DNA of 64,000 nucleotides from Macrostomum lignano (Eukaryota): NCBI GenBank assembly GCA_002269645.1, contig NIVC01003955.1, positions 3,788 to 67,787 of the forward strand, read 5' to 3'. Shown piece by piece: positions 48,201 to 64,000 of this stretch (position 1 is its first letter; each line of letters starts with the position of its first letter). The notes under the pieces were generated by a model. It saw only the letters and a program-made list of their open reading frames with translations, ran no database searches and was not told where the DNA came from. The position numbers and the translations under genes were made by a program.

Positions 48201-50082
48201 CCGAAGTTTAAACGTCAAAATAGCAATTTAGCCAGAAAAAATCATTGAACTAGACGGTGTCGACATTGGCTTCAATCCACAGCTTCTGCTTTGACAGCCT
48301 ATCCAGTCGACGGATCCCCCGGCAACAACAGCTATTATAAAAACCGTTAGAGATGGATCACCGCCTGTATCCCGTAAGACGTATTTTTCGTCAACCTCTG
48401 TCTCAAAAGATTTCCTGTATTGCAATCCGACGTCAGCCACGTCGGGTGACGTTTCACGCGACGTTCAGCCGATGCATGACGTCGTTATCAGTCGATGCAA
48501 TGTAAAAGTACATATTTGTCAGCGACTTCGGAAGCGTCGGCCTGACGTCGCTAACGTCGCAAGGATCAGAGCTACCACTTATCGATCTCTCGCTGAACGT
48601 CTTCTTTTGTTAGTGTTTGGAATCAGCAGTTTTTTACAGTTGAAGGCACCAGCGGCGACTCACTTTCTGTTTGCATCAGTACGTCATCAGTTAAACTGCC
48701 GAGATCAGGAAGCAAACCCTCTTTCGTGCTGCATTGGACATTGGGTCAGAAAGTACAAAATTGCTTGTCAATTAGCGGTTTGAGATTTTGGGACTAACTG
48801 GATGAGTCACACATGGTTTTATTCGAGGCGTCGCCATGGATTTTATGATGACGGGACAAAGTCAAATATTTTACACGTACATGACTAAATGCCTACATGT
48901 ACATTATTTTTAGAATCGGTGTGACGGTGTTGTCAGCGCTCATTTTGGCGATGCAGGCACTATATTTTAGCGCACTGAAGCAAAATTATTGATTTCCACA
49001 ACCGGTCACAAGGTGGGGTGGAAGAACGAAGCATTGGGCTATCTGCTTTCGTGCGGTAATGCGTCTCAATTTGACGGAATCCCAATTCTTTAAGTTAATC
49101 AACTCTGAAAGACAATTAATGATCTTGAAGTTCATTATTACTTGATAGAGGCAAGTCAATTAAACAAATATTGATAGGCTCGCAGTTCATCTTTGTATTG
49201 ATTTCTTATCAATTGTTTTCAATTTTTTTACAGTCGATGGAAACATTCAACAGAGTAAGCGTTTAGAAAGAATTAAACAAACGGCAACACAAATCCGACA
49301 ATAATTAGTTTATATTACAGGGTAACAATGGAATATATAAACAAGCTTTGTAGCCAGTAACAGAACACTAAACACTGAATTTTTTATGTGCGTATAGCTT
49401 CAAATTATTCAAATTATTCGCAAGTTTGTAAGCGTCAGGTTAAGTTGTTGCTCCATGTCTAAGAACAGTAAATAAAGACAAATTGTGTCTTTGTTTGTGT
49501 GTGAGCGAGTGCGAGAGAAGCATTATAACAAGCAGACGGAAGAAAGACAAATATATTGAGTCAGATGTTAAAAAAATATAGTCACATCAACTTGATTAAG
49601 CGTTCGATCAGACAATGCACTGTTAGGGGATATTTATAGAAAGACACAAGAAGCAGCAGTAGCAGAGCCTTGAGTAGCAAGATTTATTAAATGATAATTA
49701 ATTAACTTAATCGCTATAAAAAGGGATTAGGAGTACTTGGTGCAAACAACACAGCTACCGTTAATTAAGTTTTTTCAGCCCAGATTAAATAAAACGTAAA
49801 AGCAAAAATGTTGATAGATCATGGAAAACACAAGTCAACTAAAAGTTGAATATATCGATTTTAACATTCTAAATGAAACTTCACACCAGCAGCCTAAGAC
49901 TCCGCATGCTCATCGTGCAGAATCCGGATTAAAATATGTTCAATATTTGTGTCTGATAGGTGTCTATGCAACATAATGGCGTAACTCATTTTTGCTGGTC
50001 TAAAGTCTCATTTAGATAAGTCAAAATCGATAATAACCAGCCTGTTTACAAATATTACCAGTAATGGAGTAACCATGCGTTC

Positions 50083-61571
<11,489 letters not shown>

Positions 61572-61932
61572 GGCTAAGCAGTTAGGCCTGATCTTTCTGG
61601 TTCTCTCTCTGCTACCCTAAGAGCAGACTATTTTTTGATGGCTTGCTTAGCCAACAACCCAGTTGTTTGTTGGCCAACCAATAAGTCGAACAGAAACAAA
61701 TGATAAGATGGATACTAGATATACGTTTTGGCAAATTCTTCAAACTTTATTCAATCAACTAAAAATGACAAAAACGCAGACAAACGTACATTAAGAAAGG
61801 GTGAAATAAATCACTTCATTTAGTTAGTCATTTTATTTAACAAGATAACAATTAAAATGCATATTTAATCTAACATAAATGGCCGTGAGAATGGCTGATC
61901 CTGTGATGAATGAGCAACGATATTGAAGATCA

Positions 61933-63020
61933 TGGGTCAACAACTCAATTAGCTGGCACTTTGGAGCTAGATGGGTCAACAACTCAATTAGCTGGCACTT
62001 TGGAGCTAGATGGGTCAACAACTCAATTAGCTGGCACTTTGGAGCTAGATGGGTCAACAACTCAATTAGCTGGCACTTTGGAGCTAGATGGGTCAACAAC
62101 TCAATTAGCTGGCACTTTGGAGCTAGATGGGTCAACAACTCAATTAGCTGGCACTTTGGAGCTAGATGGGTCAACAACTTTAATTAGCTGGCACTTGGAG
62201 CTAGATGGGTCAACAACTCAATTAGCTGGCACTTTGGAGCTAGATGGGTCAACAACTCAATTAGCTGGCACTTTGAAGCTAGATGGGTCAACAACTTTAA
62301 TTAGCTGGCACTTGGAGCTAGATGGGTCAACAACTCAATTAGCTGGCACTTTGGAGCTAGATGGGTCAACAACTCAATTAGCTGGCACTTTGGAGCTAGA
62401 TGGGTCAACAACTTTAATTAGCTGGCACTTGGAGCTAGATGGGTCAACAACTTTAATTAGCTGGCACTTGGAGCTAGATGGGTCAACAACTCAATTAGCT
62501 GGCACTTTGGAGCTAGATGGGTCAACAACTCAATTAGCTGGCACTTTGGAGCTAGATGGGTCAACAACTCAATTAGCTGGCACTTTGGAGCTAGATGGGT
62601 CAACAACTCAATTAGCTGGCACTTGGAGCTAAATGGGTCAACAACTCAACTAGCTGGAACTTGGAGCTAGATGGGTCAACAACTCAACTAGCTGGCACTT
62701 GGAGCTAGATGGGTCAACAACTCAACTAGCTGGCACTTGGAGCTAGATGGGTCAACAACTCAATTAGCTGGCCCTTGGAGCTAGATGGGTCAACAACTCA
62801 ACTAGCTGGAACTTGGAGCTAAATGGGTCAACAACTCAACTAGCTGGAACTTGGATCTAGATGGGTCAACAACTCAATTAGCTGGCACTTGGAGCTAGAT
62901 GGGTCAACAACTCAACTAGCTGGAACTTGGAGCTAGATGGTCAACAACTCAATTAGCTGGAACTTGGAGCTAGATGGGTCAACAACTCAACTAGCTGGAA
63001 CTTGGAGCTAGATGGGTCAA
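61933..63020. repeat. 39/38-bp minisatellite between pcnx and TRIT1, ~28 copies
   Basis: gatgggtcaacaactcaattagctggcactttggagcta units. Confidence 0.98.
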
Positions 63021-63073
63021 CTTTGACATGATCAACATGAATTAACAACTATGCTTGAAAGTCAGTCAATTTA

Positions 63074-64000
63074 CTATTCATCCAGTAACAGCCCGCGAAG
63101 AAGAACGCCCTGAGTCATTATTGTCAACTGCTGATTCTTCGCTACCGTCAGCAGCTTCAGCATTCCGGTCGATAACCACAACGGCATTCGGGTCGGAATG
63201 ACAGCAGCAATTCTAGCGGCCAATCTTCTTAAACCGGCCATCCGTTTGGCGTGTCTCCTACTGCTCATATGCTCCTTGTACTGATCCCGTTGAGCAAAAG
63301 TGACACCGCAGTGGTCGCAACGCAGCTCTAAGCTTCTACCAATCCTTACACTATCAGATTCGCTGTCATCAAGGCTACTTGAAGAACCCACTAGCCCGCG
63401 CGGTTCTGTTGCTAATCGAGTCGAATGCTTGAGTAGAATATTTTCATCTGATTTTAACAGAGCTTCAACAATTTCAAAGGCGGGCTGACGTACTCCGGTA
63501 GTCCAGTCCGATTCAACTAAACTATCGGCATTCAACAGATACACTGGCGCGTAATTATCGTCGGAATGACGCAGGAATCTGTTGCGCAACCATTTCTCCT
63601 GTTGCACTGCGTATCGTTTAGTGCGCTGTTTCATCAGTTCAATACCAGATTTGAGAGCTAATTGGCCTTCGGCGCTATCGCGCTGCTCTGGCGACATTAG
63701 CAGCGTAAGAATGAAACTCCTTAAATCCGATGCTCTGAAATATGCCTCTAGTATAGTCTTTACTAGCGCCTGCACCGACTCTACTAGCATTGAACTCCGA
63801 GTGGAATGCTTCCAGCTCCGCTAACAGGCCCGATTGGATCATTTTATCAACCCGACAGTCTAGACGGCGTTCTAGATGGTCGCGGCGGCAGGCGAGCCAC
63901 AGAATGGCCAGGCGGTCAGGGCGGATAGCGCAAACGGGCCAGAGAAATGGTCGCCCAGCTGGTGAAATGATGGCGATGATGATGGGTTTCAATTCAAGAT
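63074..64000 (-). CDS. TRIT1: tRNA dimethylallyltransferase (IPT/MOD5) 3' part with C-terminal C2H2 zinc finger; +1 frameshift near 63704; gene starts beyond the window
   Basis: LERRLDCRVDKMIQSGLLAEL; RGIFQSIGFKEFHSY; TKRYAVQQEKWLRNRF; CDHCGVTF..EHMSSRRH. Confidence 0.9.

Overview
Eukaryotic, animal-like genomic DNA: short GT-AG introns, many mini/microsatellites, SINE/LINE/retroelement debris, no prokaryotic features. Composition and repeat load resemble a flatworm such as Macrostomum (inference only). Layout: (1) 1-14.1 kb is a large imperfect inverted duplication carrying two paralogous secreted genes (PAN/apple + ALK/LTK-type glycine-rich domain); the + copy has a Ngaro/DIRS-like split-direct-repeat element in intron 2. 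(2) A PAN + F-type lectin gene, spectrin-repeat exon fragments, and an ADAMTS-like M12B protease with an atypical Met-turn and a cationic Cys-containing tail. (3) 28.9-45.1 kb holds two tandem copies of a head-to-head two-gene cassette: a multi-exon ankyrin + 37-aa helical-repeat gene (-) and a single-coding-exon ~415-436-aa gene (+) whose conserved residues fit a PD-(D/E)xK-like nuclease with a Zn-binding motif. This is the best candidate for an undescribed system. (4) WSC-domain remnants, a LINE RT fragment, pecanex (every intron filled by a different tandem array) and the 3' part of tRNA isopentenyltransferase. Several frameshifts, some in housekeeping genes, look like sequencing indels. 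All alignments and exon models were made by eye; no database searches were run.
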